Shown: piece after piece, positions 45,205 to 62,431 of the stretch
Layout: each line of letters begins with the position of its first letter
How positions within the stretch are numbered: position 1 is the first letter of the stretch
DNA from: the human T2T-CHM13v2.0 reference genome, Homo sapiens
Direction: 5' to 3' (one strand)
Assembly (NCBI RefSeq): GCF_009914755.1
Contig: NC_060929.1
DNA: 64,000 nucleotides
The notes under the pieces: model-generated
The model's database searches: none
What the model saw: only the letters and a program-made list of their open reading frames with translations
Told to the model about the DNA's origin: nothing
Made by a program: the position numbers and the translations under genes

Positions 45205-46063
45205 TTGTACCCTTGTAACAAAAGACATAAACGAGAGAAAAACATGGAAATTTATTTAATACAAGTTTCACATGGCATCAGAGCTTTTGTAATGAAGTGA
45301 AGACCAGAAGAAACAGTTAACCCTGAGTATTTTTATACTAGGTTTGATAAAGAGTAGAAAGTTGTGGGAAAATATGATAGGACAAATAGGAGTATGAGCT
45401 AAGAGGAGTAAACCAGGGGAGACTGAGCAAGTCCTGTTTATTCAGATTCCTCTCAGCCTCCCTCCTTCTTCAGAGATAAGAATGCTTTTTTTTTCCTCTG
45501 GGTATAGAGAGGGACACCTCTCACATAATGGTCTTTTCAACCTAAAATAAGCAACAAAGACTAACTTTCCAAAGCAAAGATTTTATTCAGGAATAGCAGA
45601 GGATTGCAATCTGGGCTACGTGTGCCATGACAGATGATAGGCGCATCAATGTTGGAGCAAGGGGAAGCATTTAAAGACAAAAGTCTCTGTAAACCGTTTT
45701 GAAACAAAGACCATTGGTTTTAGGGACTTGTTGTGGAAATTAACAATAGCTCATCAGTGGAAACAATAATTGTTAGGAAAATATCCTTACCGGGTATCCT
45801 GAGATTTTGTGGATTTTCCTGCATAGGTCCCATCATAGGCATAGGTGCATGAGGTCTCCTCCTTCATGGCCTCCCAGCTCCCTTTTGTTAGGATTTGACT
45901 TTAGTGTCTCTGTCTTGATACTGATAACTTTCACAATCTTATGACCCGCTCAGGGAAGGATCAGAGTCCTTCCTGCAACTGCTTCTTATCAGATTTCTTC
46001 AGCTTAAAATATTCAATATGCCAAAGCACCGTATTTTGGGATAGTATGTCTTGAATCCCATCA
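45205..46063 (-). mobile_element. MER34B-like ERV1 LTR containing a nested LTR
   Basis: gtaacaaaagaca...; end tcaatatgccaaagcaccgtattttggg...cccatca. Host resumes (gtctt/atcttatgacc) across the insert. Confidence 0.65.
45535..45935 (-). mobile_element. MER31/MER67-like ERV1 solo LTR nested in the MER34-like LTR
   Basis: tcaacctaaaataa...ggattgcaat...ctgataactttcaca, TSD gtct/atct. Confidence 0.6.
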
Positions 46064-46095
46064 GACTTATAAACATACTAATACCTAGTCTGTCA

Positions 46096-46540
46096 TGTTG
46101 TTCCCTGAAGAGGCTGTATATGCAAAGCAGCCCCCAAATGAGAAAGGCACCAAGAAACCAAAGAATGAGACAGACAAATCCAGTTTGTTGGTAGAGTGTC
46201 TTACTGGGGGAATTTACACACAAAAATGTGGCCTAGACAACTGCAAGACAGATAGACCTCCACTCCAGTTACTCCCAGACCACAGGGAAAGGGAATACAC
46301 GCTGTGTGTGAGACAATTAAGGGCCACTTTCCAAAACAGGCAAGAGTGCCAGATGAGTCACAGCCTATAATTTGTGCACACATCAGGGGTGCTTTGATCT
46401 ACAGGCAGTATTTATAACGAGTACATGTTCTTACACTAAGGACAGTAAATAAAGTAGAAATCAGGAAGCATTCACAAGACAGGTTAATCAGAAGTCATCG
46501 TGGTGGATTGGCATCCAAGATGGAGTCAGTTTTTTCTCTG
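46096..46540 (-). mobile_element. ERV LTR (LTR47-like, subfamily uncertain)
   Basis: tatatgcaaagcagcccccaaa...gacaaatccagttt...ccaagatggagtca, the reverse strand of an LTR. Confidence 0.5.
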
Positions 46541-46542
<2 letters not shown>

Positions 46543-46575
<33 letters not shown>

Positions 46576-46720
46576 ATTCATATCAAAAAAGAGTTGTATA
46601 CTATGTGCATAAGTACTGTGAATCATATAAGTATATACATATAATAAATTATATATGCTATATACCCATAACATGTACAATGTACAGGTATTTTATAGTT
46701 TTGTTCATATATATATAGAT
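46543..46720. repeat. (CA)n plus TA-rich low-complexity tract
   Basis: Directly visible. Confidence 0.85.
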
Positions 46721-46964
46721 ACTTTCAATTTTTCTTGGGAGTTATTCAATTAGATAAAAGGTAGTGGATGCGAAAATTGAGAGAAAGTCCTAGGCTTCAA
46801 GAGGTACTGGTTTGTCTGAGGAAGTAAGAAGAGGACATCATTTGATTTCATTATAGGCTTCATGAGTCCCTAAGTAATATTTACCTACCTGAGAATCTCA
46901 ACAAAATTCCAGAGTGGAATGCCTCAGTTCCAGAACCCTATACAATCCCTTGTCCATTGCCAAT

Positions 46965-47000
46965 CACACACATGCACACGCGCGCGCACACACACACACA
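46965..47000. repeat. Alternating purine-pyrimidine (CA)/(CG) tract, potential Z-DNA
   Basis: cacacacatgcacacgcgcgcgcacacacacacaca. Confidence 0.8.
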
Positions 47001-47220
47001 GGTTTTTGATAGGCCATTATTGTTCAATGTATTCCTTCAGCACATTTAAGTAAGTTCTGGATCCCAGAAGTTGTCACAATGTGCTTCTGAGGAACTCTTG
47101 ATGTTTAGCAGCTGGTGGACAGATAAGCACCATCAGTGACTGGGGCAGGAAGACATTGAAGCAGTTTTTGACACGCACATCTAAGGAAAATAATAAAACA
47201 AAGGAGAGGGACAGGAGCAC

Positions 47221-47870
<650 letters not shown>

Positions 47871-47871
47871 C

Positions 47872-50028
47872 AACTCAGGATACAAAATCAATGTGCAAAA
47901 ATTCCTAGCGTTCCTATATGCTAACAACAGTCAAGCAGAGAGTCAAATTATGAATGAACTTCCATTTACAATTGCTACTAAAAGAATAAAATACCTAGGA
48001 ATACAGCTAACAAGGGAAGTGAAGGACCTCTTCAAGGAGAACTACAAACCACTTCTCAAGGAAATCAGAGGGGACACAAGCAAATGGAAAAATATTTCAT
48101 GCTCATGGATAGGAAGAATCAATATGGTGAAAATGGTCATACTGCCCAAAGCAATTTATAGATTCAATGCTATTCCCATTAAGCTACCATTGGCATTCTT
48201 CACAGAATTAGAAACAACAATTTTAAAATTCAAATAGAACCCGAAAGAGCCCAAATAGCCAAGACAATCCTAAGCAAAAAGAACAAAGCTGGAGGCATCA
48301 TGCCACTCAACTTCAAACTATACTACAAGGCTACAGTAACCAAAACGCCATGGTACTGGTACAAAAATAGACACATAGACCAATGGAACAGAATAGATAA
48401 CTCAGAGATAAGATCACACACCTACAATCATCTGATTTTAAACAAATCTGACCAAAATAAGCAACGGGGAAAGGATTCCCTATGTAATAAATGTTGCTGG
48501 GAGAACTTGCTAGCCATATGCAGAAAATTACAACTGGACCCCTTCCTTACACCTTATACAAAAATTAACTCAAGATGGATTGAAGACATAAATGTAAAAC
48601 TCAAAACTATAAAAACCCTAGAAGAAAATCTAGGCAATATCATTCAGGATATAGGAACAGGAAATGATTTCATAACAAAAACACCAAAAGCAATTGCAAC
48701 AAAGGGATATTTGACAAATGGGATCTAATTAAACTAACGAGCTTCTGCACAGCAAAAGAAACTATCAACAGAGTACACAGACAACCTGCAGAATGGGAGA
48801 AAAATTTTGCAATTTATCCATCTGATAAAGGTCTATTATACAGAGTCTACAAGGAACTTAAACAAATATACAAGAAAAAAATAACCCATTAAAAAGTCGG
48901 CAGAGGATATGAACAGACACTTCTCAAAAGCAGGCATTCATGTGGCCAACAAACGTGAAAAAAAAGCTCGCCACGGACCATTAGATAAATGCAAATCAAA
49001 ACCACAATGAGACACCATCTCACACCAGTCAGAATGGTGATTATTAAAAAGTTAAGAAACAGCCAGGCACAGTGGCTCACGCCTGTACTCCCAGCACTTT
49101 GTGAGGCCAAGGTGGGTGGATCACAAGGTCAGGAGATTGAGACCATCCTGGCTAACATGGAGAAACTCCATCTCTACTAAAAAACACAAAAAATTAGCTG
49201 GGTGTGGTGGCGGGCGCCTGTAGTCCCAGCTACTCAGGAGGCTGAGGCAGGAGAATGGCGTGAACCCAGGAGGCGGAGCTTGCAGTGAGCAGAGATTGCC
49301 CCACTGCACTCCTGGGCAACAGAGCGAGACTCCATATCAAAAAAAAAAAAAAAAAAGTTAAGAAACAACAGATGCTGGCAAAGTCGCAGAGAAAAATGAA
49401 TGCTTTTACATTGTTGGTGGGAGTGTAAATTAGTTCAACCATTGTAGAAGACAATGTGGCAATTCCTCAAAGATCTAGAGGCAGAAATACCATTTGACAC
49501 AGAAATCGCATTGCTGGGTGTATACCCAAAGGAATATAATCATTCTATTATAAAGATACATGTATGTGTATGTTCATTGCAGCACTATTCACAATAGCAA
49601 AGACATGGAATCAACGCAAATGTTCAGCAAGGATAGACTAGATAAAGAAAATGTGGTACATATACACCATGGAATAAAAGAAACAAGATCATGTCCTTTG
49701 TAAGGACATGGTTGGATCTGGAAGCCACTGTCCTCAGCAAACTAATGCAGGAACAGAAAACCAAACACTGCATTTCTCACTTATAAGTGAGAGCAGAACG
49801 ATGAGAACACATGGACACATGGAGGGGAGCAACACACACTGGGGCTTGTCATGGTTGGGGGGTTGAGGGAAAGAGAGCATCAGGAAGAATAGCTAATGGA
49901 TGCTGGGCTTAATACCTAGTTGATGGGTTGATCTGTGCAGCAAACCACCATGGCACACATTTACCGATGTAACAAATCTGCATGTCCTGCACGTGTACCC
50001 CAGAGCTTAAAAGGTGAAGAAAAAAAAG
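47872..50028 (+). mobile_element. 5'-truncated L1PA11/12-like element
   Basis: ORF2 C-terminal remnants (SGYKINVQK...; ORFs 47863-48237 and 48300-48728), 3' UTR gcatcaggaagaatagctaatggatgctggg, short A tail. Confidence 0.9.
49062..49351 (+). mobile_element. AluY inside the L1
   Basis: gagaatggcgtgaacccaggaggcggagcttg diagnostic, TSD aaaaagttaagaaaca. Confidence 0.92.
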
Positions 50029-50044
50029 ATATGACCAAAAGATG

Positions 50045-50873
<829 letters not shown>

Positions 50874-51169
50874 CTTGCACATCCTATTTCTGCATGGAGC
50901 TGCTGTTCTGCTCGCCACACCTCATCTCTGGCAGCACTCAGGTTCTGGCCATCTCCACGTGGCAGGCCCAGCCCATTCCCTTCTTGTCTTCATTCATTGA
51001 CTCTCCAAGGACTTCAAACCAAGCTAGGGTTGTGATGCTCAGACTTTTATTTCGTCTCCGATGGTCATGTCCTGCCTTGGCTCCTTTCTTATCCTCTTTT
51101 TTTCTCTGGTCCCTAGCTGGTTTCCTACACCCTGGCTCTCTCCTGCTTCACTTCTTTTTTGTTGCCTTT

Positions 51170-51350
51170 ACAGAAATTATCTCAATCTTGTTCATTATCT
51201 GCACTCTCCCCTTTTCTCCACTAGATTGTGAGCCAAAGAAAAACACATACCTCACCAGCTTCACTCAGCTCTGGATCTCCAATGCCTGGAACAGTGCCTG
51301 ACTCATTATAGGTGCACACTGAATGAATGAATGAATGAATGAATGAATGA
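51170..51350 (+). mobile_element. L2 3' end with (GAAT)n tail
   Basis: ccactagattgtgagc...aatgcctggaacagtgcctg...(gaat)n. Confidence 0.8.
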
Positions 51351-51744
51351 TCTACCTCACGGCCATGTAGTGTAAACTTCTGAGAAATGAAGTATACATT
51401 TTTTTCAAAGCCACTTATTTAAAGCAATAGTATTCATGCATAAGTTCCAGGAAGTTTGTTTTAAACCACAAATTGATTATTGAAGTCATTTTGTTCCTAC
51501 ATTTAAATATCTAATTCTTCCGCAGGATCACTTTATGATTAGCTTTGGTTTGGGGGTCAAAGGAGTTGCTTATATCAGTAACTATCCAAGAACAGTGATC
51601 ATATTATGAATATTCATGATGACCTATTTTTTGACATGACTTTAAAGATGGGAAAACATTGCTCATATTTCATTTGTCAAACAAATACTTTTTAAACTGA
51701 CAGTTTTATTGAGGTATAATTGACACACAAAAGAGTTGCACGTT

Positions 51745-52490
51745 TGTCTTAGTTATTGCATGCTGCTATAACAAAATACCAGAGACTGGGTAACTTAGAA
51801 ATAATAGAGGCTGGTCGCGGTGGCTCACACCTGTAATCCCAACACTCTGGGAGGCCGAGGCGGGCGGATCACCTGAGGTCAAGAGTTCGAGACCAGCTGG
51901 CCAACATGGTGAAACCCTGTCTCTACTAAAAATACAAAAATTAGCCAGATGTGGTGGCAGGCACCTGTAATCCCAGCTACTCAGGAGGCTGAGGAAGGAG
52001 AATCACTTGAACCCAGGAGGCAGAGGTTGCAGTGAGCCAAGATCACGCCATTTCATGGCACTCCTGCCTGGGGACAAGAGCAAGACTTCGTCTCAAAAAA
52101 AAAGAAAGAAAGAAATAATAGAAATTTATTTCACACAGTTCTGGAGTCTGGAAAGTCTAAGATCCAAGTGTCAAAAGGTTTAGTGTGTGGCGAGGGCTGC
52201 TCTCTGCTTCCAGAATGGTTCCTTGAATGCTAATTTCTCCAGAGGGTACAATGCATTTGAGGATGCATTCATCCTCAAATGGCAGAATGGACTGAAGGGG
52301 CAAACTTGTCCCGTCAAGTCCTTTTATAAGGCACTAATCCCACCCGTGAGGGGATTAGTTACCTCCTAAAAGAGGTAACTAACTACCTCTAATTACCTCC
52401 TAAAAGGCCCCATGTTGTAATCCCATTGCACTGGGGAATAAGTTTCAACATGAATTTTGGAGGTGATATGAGCATTCATAGCATAGCAAC
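51745..52490 (-). mobile_element. MLT1A1-like MaLR LTR inside an old L1 3' end (51690-52552), itself carrying an Alu
   Basis: tgtcttagt...gctgctataacaaaatacc; gagggctgctctctgcttcc; TSD approx. acgtt/atgtt. Confidence 0.75.
51809..52110 (+). mobile_element. AluSq-like
   Basis: Full dimer, TSD agaaataataga. Confidence 0.9.
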
Positions 52491-52839
52491 ATGTTTATTG
52501 TATACAATTTGATGAGTTTAGGCGTATCCCATACACCTGTGAAACCAATCACTCTTTGCCAAAATATTCTCTGGAAAATCCTCTTCTCACTAGCCCTATT
52601 GTAAACAAGCATATACCAGAGCAACTGGACATGTGAGAAACTTGAGTTGCAACAGAGGGAACAGGAGTAAGGATTCTGATGAATCTCCAGGTGTTCAGTG
52701 GAACAATCTTTTGTAGCATTCATGTTTGTGCACATTTGCACTGGGGCTTTTTAGTATAATTTAGTGTAATCACCTCCACTAGCTTCTTATCAGAAGCAAC
52801 ATTCATCATTTCATTAATTCCAATAAAAGTTTTGTGTTG

Positions 52840-55543
<2,704 letters not shown>

Positions 55544-55916
55544 TAAAAGTTTTGTGTTGCAATTGTTTTATTATTCTAGCATAGAAGAGTAGACAAGGTA
55601 TGGTTTCCTAGGTCTTACTTAAAGTCCTAGGGATTTAAGAGATTGAAAACTCACCATTTCAGCCATATTAATAATAGCTCATTCCTATTGAGTTCTTACT
55701 ATGTGCTGGCCTCTTCACCTAAATTATGTCTTCTAATTATAAAAACACTTTTATAAAGTAGCTACTAATATTACTTCCAACTGACTTGGAGAGAGTAAAA
55801 TATCATGTCTGTGTGCATGTGTGTGTGTATGTTTGAGGATCTAAATTCAAAATCAGGCAATCCAACCTACAGCCTACTTAATCGTGACACTAGTCATAAA
55901 AACAATCCCTCTGGAT

Positions 55917-56152
55917 TTGCACTGTCCAAATTCAGTAGCTACTAACTCCATGTATCTATCAAGCATTTCTGTGAATTAAAATATGCTATATGTGTCAAAT
56001 ACCCACTGGATTGTAAAGACATAATATGGCTATGTTAAGTAAAGTAGACTATGTTATTAAAGTCAATCTCATATGTGTTCTATTTTTAATGTGGCTACTA
56101 GAAAATTTTAAACTACACATGGGGTTCACATTGTATTTCTATAAGACAACAC
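55917..56152. mobile_element. MER33/MER3-like hAT-Charlie element
   Basis: gcactgtccaa..gtagctacta...ttttaatgtggctactagaaaattttaaa...tatttctat. Confidence 0.65.
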
Positions 56153-56213
56153 ATCCATGGATTTATTCAACAAATGTTTATCAAAAGCTTACTAGGTGGT
56201 TGGTACACAATAG

Positions 56214-56617
56214 TGTATTAGTCTGTTTTCACATTGCAATAATAAAATACCTGAGACTGGGTGATTTATAAAGAAAAAGGTTTAAGTGGCTCAGGGTTCT
56301 GCAAGCTTTATAGGAAGCATGGAAGCATCTGCTTCTGGGGAGGCCTCAAGGAGCTTTTACTCATGGCAGAAAGTAAAGTAGGAGCCAGACTCTTACATGG
56401 CAGGAGCAGGACCAAGAGGGGGTTGAAGGGGTGCCACACACTTTTAATCAACCAGATCTCATGATAACTCACTCACACTCTGCAGTACTAAGGCGATGGC
56501 ACTAACCTATTCGTGAGAAACCATCCCCATGATCGTCACCTCCCAGCAGGCCTCACTTCTAACCTTATTACAATTTGACATGAGATTTGGGCAGGGACAC
56601 TGATCCAAACCACATCA
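56214..56617 (-). mobile_element. MSTA MaLR solo LTR
   Basis: tgtattagtctgttttcac...gatccaaaccacatca, TSD aatag/aataa. Confidence 0.85.
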
Positions 56618-57729
56618 AATAATGAATGAAAAAAGAAAAATACTTTCTGTGAAGAAGATTGTATTTTAGTAGTGGAGACAAAAATAAGCAGGTTGAATGA
56701 GCAAAATAAATAGTCTGGGAGATCATGATAATGGTCAAGGAAAGAAAAGAAAGTAGGCAAAAGGAATATTTAGTTGATGACTAAGAGGGGTTTGTGGTGA
56801 GAAAATGGTATTTGTGTAAAACCTGAAGGAATTTGAGGACCAAGCCATATAAATATCAGAAGGAAATGTAAATGTGAAAAAGAGGAAAGAGTAAATGCAA
56901 AGGCACTGAGGCAGAAGAATGCCTGCTGGCTTGAAAGAATAGAGTGGGGCTAATACAGCAGGAGGGACCAAATTAGGGGAGGGAAGTAGAGGAAGATCAG
57001 AGGTGATGAAGGGGTACTGTGTAGTCACAAGGGAGGGTTTTTATTTTTACTCTGAGGGGATGAGAAGGCTTAGGATGACTTTTAATAGTGGAGTGTCATG
57101 ATGACCCACATTTTAACAGGATCCCTCTTGTTGCCATGCTGAGAATAGACTCAAGTAGGCAACAGTTAGGAGGCTCTTACAACAATCCAAGGAAGAGATG
57201 ATGGTGGCATTAGAGTGGTGAAATGTGGCCAGATTCTCTATATAATTTGAAGATAGAGAGAGCCACCAGGATTTACCCCTGGGTCAGATTCAGGTCTTGA
57301 GACTGCAGGGTGTGTGATCTTAGCACCCAGCCTGGTAGAATGATACTAACTGAAAACAGAAAGACTGCAGCAGAGCAGTTCGGGCAGAGGAATGTTTAGT
57401 TCCTCCTGAATAGAGAGTACAGTCTTGGAAAAATTGCATATAGATGAAATAAGAAATGAGAATCTTTCCCTATGACCAATTTGGCACTGAACAGGGCCAG
57501 TAAGGCAATTTTCCCAAGTACAGAGCAGCAGTGTAGGAAAACCAGGAATTTGAGGCAAGTAAAGATATATATATTCAATATAATTGGTTTCCTTTTAAAT
57601 CCTATATACTGTATTTTATTTTAAAATGTTATTCTGAGAAGGGAGTTCATAGGTTTTACCAGTCTGCCAAGGGGGTTCATCATATAGAAAAGGTTATACA
57701 CCCCTGAGAGAGGCAACATTTTAAACCAC

Positions 57730-58035
57730 TGTTACCAAAACAGCAAGGATTTTGTCTAGGCCCTGTTGCTCACCTCACAGAAAGCCAATCACTGAGACAA
57801 CAGGCATTGCCAGGAAAGAAGGTTTTATTTGGGTGTGGCAGCTGACAAGAGGAAAGATCAGTCTCAAATTTATCTCTGCAGCCAACTAAAATTAGAGGTT
57901 TACAGAGCAAGGAAGAAATGTAATCATGTGTGGGAAAAATAAGAATTAGGGAAGGATAAGGAAGAGGAGTTGGTCAACAGAAAGCAGGTTGTTGGTGAGA
58001 CAATCATGATGGGTGAGGGTTCTGGAATCTCATTG
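57730..58035 (-). mobile_element. ERV1 (MER4-group, LTR54-like) LTR 3' half
   Basis: tgttaccaaaaca...gaaagccaatcactgagacaa...ttttatttgggtg. Confidence 0.7.
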
Positions 58036-58434
58036 TTATTTAGAAAAGTAAGCAAGAGTAGAAATGTGTAAATGGTGTTTATTTTGAAGGTAGTTCAATT
58101 CAATCAATAATTTGAGTTGGTCTCAGATCTTTTCCTTTAGGTAATGAGGAAAATTGTGATATGGGTACAAAGTTCTAATGTTCAAGAAAGAGTGGCCTTG
58201 TCCTTCAGAAAATTATATTGATTAGGATTGCTCCAAATTATTTTAGTTGTGTTCACTATTTTTAAAATTAAATGACCTTCACTTGGATTAAATAGTAAGA
58301 AAAGAAGTGAGACTTTCTAGTGGTTTTTTATTCTAAACCTTTTATCACTGTTGGGCCTTCAAGTGTGTATTTGAAAACAAAATGTGTACAAATGTTGCAC
58401 TGGTTTGGAAATTCTTATTACAATCAGTTGTCAG

Positions 58435-58676
58435 TAGACAACCCTTTCTCCTTACCCCTCTAATTCCTGTCTTCCTACACATGCTTACATTTCTCATCTG
58501 ATCTATAAACTTCTAGTTTTATAGTCAGTTGAGGAGATGTATTTCATCTCCTGTTCTCCTCAGCTGCAGCACCCAGATAAAAACATTCTTCCCTGGCAAT
58601 ACTTCTTGTCTCAGTGAATGGCTTTCCGTGTGGCAAGCAATGGGACCTAGACTGAATGCCTCGTGTTTTGGTAACA
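58435..58676 (+). mobile_element. Same-family ERV1 LTR 3' half in the opposite orientation
   Basis: ttccctggcaatacttcttgtctcagtgaatggctttc...ggacctagac...tgttttggtaaca. Confidence 0.7.
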
Positions 58677-59805
58677 CGATGAGGCGTGGAAATTGCCTAA
58701 GTGGTGAGTATAAGTAGAAATGCTGAGTACCAGAACTGAGCATGAGGATACTTCAATATTCAGAGATGGAAGATGAAGAGCTGAAAAAGGGTCCTGAGAA
58801 GGAGGGAACCAGGCAAATGAGGTGTCCTAGAAACCAAGTGAAGAATGTGTTTCAAGAGGAGAGAGAAATCATCTGTGCCAAATCCTGAAAATCAAGTTAC
58901 ATAACCATCAGAAAGGACCACTGGACTTACCAATGTTGATATCACTGATGATCTTGGTAGGAGTAATTTTGGTGCCTTCCTAGGAGTGAAAACCTGGCTG
59001 AAGTCCATTCAATTGGAGGAGTAAAATTGGAGATGGAGAGCATAAACAAAGCAGTCAAGAAATTTTGTTATAATGGGGAGTCAAGAAATAAGGAAATAAC
59101 TGGAAGATGAAATGGGGTCAAAGAAGTTTTTTTCTTTTTATCTAATAATGGATAAATAGAAGCAGTTTGTATACTGGTGGATATGATTGGTGGAAACTGT
59201 CCATGTATTAGAGAAGGTTTAAAATTGTTGGAGCGATGTTCAACATTGTTGTTGGATAGCAATGGATAGGCTATTCATGGAGAGTTTGTTCACCCCGATA
59301 AGGGTGAGAGAAGTGAGATTACGTGGGCACAGACACAGGTAAGTGGGTAGGTACAATGATGAGAGCTTATGGAATTTCCTTTCTGGTTTTTCAAATTTTT
59401 TCTTAAAAATAGGAAAGAGGGCATCAGCTGAGATTTGGAGGTCTGAGAAGAGAGGAGAAAGAATGAAATTGTCCTCTGGAGAGACAGAGGATGATGATTT
59501 CAGAAAACAGCATGATTGCCAAGCAGCATGCATGGGCTGATTTGATGTTAGCAAATGTGATGTTAGAGTGAGACCTGTGCACATCACTGTGTATTTTCCA
59601 GCGTTCAGGAAGGCCAGGAAATTCCACTCATCAAAAAAAGGCAGGGAATTTGAATATATAGGCAAAGAAGAGATTTTAATGAACGACCCTGGAGGTTAAG
59701 GATTGAGTCCTTAACTTTAAGAAGTGAGGACATGAGAGAAGTGAGGGACAGTGAAATGATGTTAGAACCCTTGCAGGTAGTGGAATTGTTGGATTTTCAA
59801 AATCA

Positions 59806-60112
<307 letters not shown>

Positions 60113-62321
60113 TAGGATATTAGAGGCAAGAGTTCTAAAGGTAGGAGGTGGGAGAGATGCAGAGTTTGTGTTATTAAATGACAAAGAAGGAGTGAGGGGC
60201 TGAGATGGAGGAGGACAAGTTCAATAACAGGTGAAGCTAAAGGAACTGCAAGGATACATAGGTATTGAAATCCCCAAGAATTGAGACAGTAGAATCAGAG
60301 AGAGTAAGCCAGGAGCTAAAATCTTTAAGAAAGGAGAAAGAGTGACAGCTGTGATGACGAGAGGGACAAGGGTAACTGCCCCAAGAGGACAATGGTTGGG
60401 TTGTTTCAGCTGCTTGCATATGCAGTCAGAGCTAGAGTGGATGAGATATGACAAACTCAACCACTTGGTTTAGCCACACAGCAGCCAGCTGTTCCCTCTG
60501 CATAAACTTGGTCTTGGGATTGATGCAATCTGAATCCATCCAGTTTTCTTTCCTGTGGCATATCTGCATAGAGAGCCGCCTGTAAAATTCTGACCACTAA
60601 AAGTGGGTTATGATGTTGCCTTTTATTTGGTTGACAAACACACAAATCCACAGAGTAAAATGAACAGCTAGCTCATTTGCTAGTGGTTGGGGATGAGCAT
60701 AGCCTTTCCCAAAACCCTGTGACATATCTCACAAGCCAAATCTTTAAATGCTTGATAATGATTGGGGGAAAGTGTTATTTTAATTATTTTCATATGAAAC
60801 ATTTTCAAAACCCCCTCATGGAACCATTTTTGTGTATCCTTTAATTATTCATCTCTTTGTTCCAGTGATAAGCTTTGCCAGGGCAAGAGCATGCCAATGT
60901 TCTCATCTATTGCTTCTCTCTCCAAATTTGGAATATCCATTACTCATGCCCTGAAACGGCCACACTTACCAAAATTAATGGTCAATGGAACAGGAGTTCT
61001 ATTCAAAATCAGGATGCAATTAAATTTCATATGGCAAACAATTCAGAGAGTTATTTTTTAAATACATTTTCAAGAGAAGAAGAGTAGATGTTTTATTTAG
61101 AAACGTCCATCGTGTTCTCTTTCCAAGGTCTTTGCACACATTGTTCGGTCAGCCTGGAGCCTTCTCTCCTCAGATATCTGCTCGGTTCATTTCTTATTTC
61201 ATTCAGGTCCCTAATCAAATGTTATGTCAGCAGAGAGGGCTGTCCTGGCAACCCTGCAATGCCCCTCTTACTCAGTGCTCCTATCGCCTATTGAACTGCT
61301 CTATTGCATTTTTTTTTAATCATTACTGTGTCTGCTTTGGTCACTAATGAACACTCAATTCCTAGAACCCTGGATCTGGCACAAAGCAGGCACTCAGTAA
61401 ACATTTACTGAATGACAGAACAGATGAGGGCATGACGGAACAAAAGAATGCAAAAAATATCATCCTGGGGAGAGAACAAGTTTTAAGAAATGTTTTCAGT
61501 TCATAATAAGAAAGCAATCATTTAAAAAATATTTTCTGCAAGCTTGTCATTAAAATACAGTAATAGTCATAGAAGGGGCTGAAATAAAGCTTTCTGTTTA
61601 GAAGAAAATTCCACTTAGCTAGGAAAACTAGAAGAAATGTGAGTCCAGAGGATAATTTTATTTGAAAGGCAGGTACTTGAAAATAAGTCTTACAACGGAA
61701 TTGTTTCGTCAAGCACACTGCATGCTTGACAAAGCAGTTTCATTAGTGTGATTTATATAATAATGGGTTTGAGCATGTCAAGATACACACATATTAAACA
61801 TAACAACTACACAAACACGTACTCATGTATCCTTCTTGTCTAGTTCTGAGAAATAGGTAAGTCCCAATCTGGTTGATAATCACATTGATATTTATGGGAA
61901 TTGCTGTGTTAAGTTCCATGAGGTTTTCCCTGCCAAAGGATCAATTTAATGTTCTGCCCTAAGGAGCATCAATCGTCTGAATAATTTCCTCCTTATGGAT
62001 TCAGTCAACGTGAGACACCATTTTCAGATATTCCTGGCTGAGTTCCAACCCAATATTCACAAATTCATTGACTTGGTTGGGGCAATGAGGAATGAGGTTG
62101 AGGTAGGACTGGGGGAGGGATGGACACAGAGGCCAAAGTGAAAAAGCTGAAGTACTACTTCCATTTGTTATGCAGACATAGAAATAAAATATAACTCCAG
62201 CTCCATTTCAGAAATTGCACACTTCCCTATTGCTTATTTTCCATTTTACCTTTTGGAAGATGACACTCTGCTAGCTTTGTGATATTATTATGCATAGATA
62301 TTTGTCTATTCATTTATAAAT

Positions 62322-62431
62322 ATGTATGTGGGTGTGTATATATATATATACATATATATACACATACATACATACATATATATATACACATATATATATA
62401 CACATACATACATACATATATATATATATAA
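62322..62431. repeat. (TA)/(CATA)/(CA) compound microsatellite
   Basis: Directly visible. Confidence 0.9.

Noticed and set aside
57730-58676. New MITE/DNA transposon suggested by 13-bp terminal inverted repeats
   Set aside because: The termini are ordinary ERV1 LTR 3' ends and no convincing TSD is present. Kept as an inverted-LTR finding instead.
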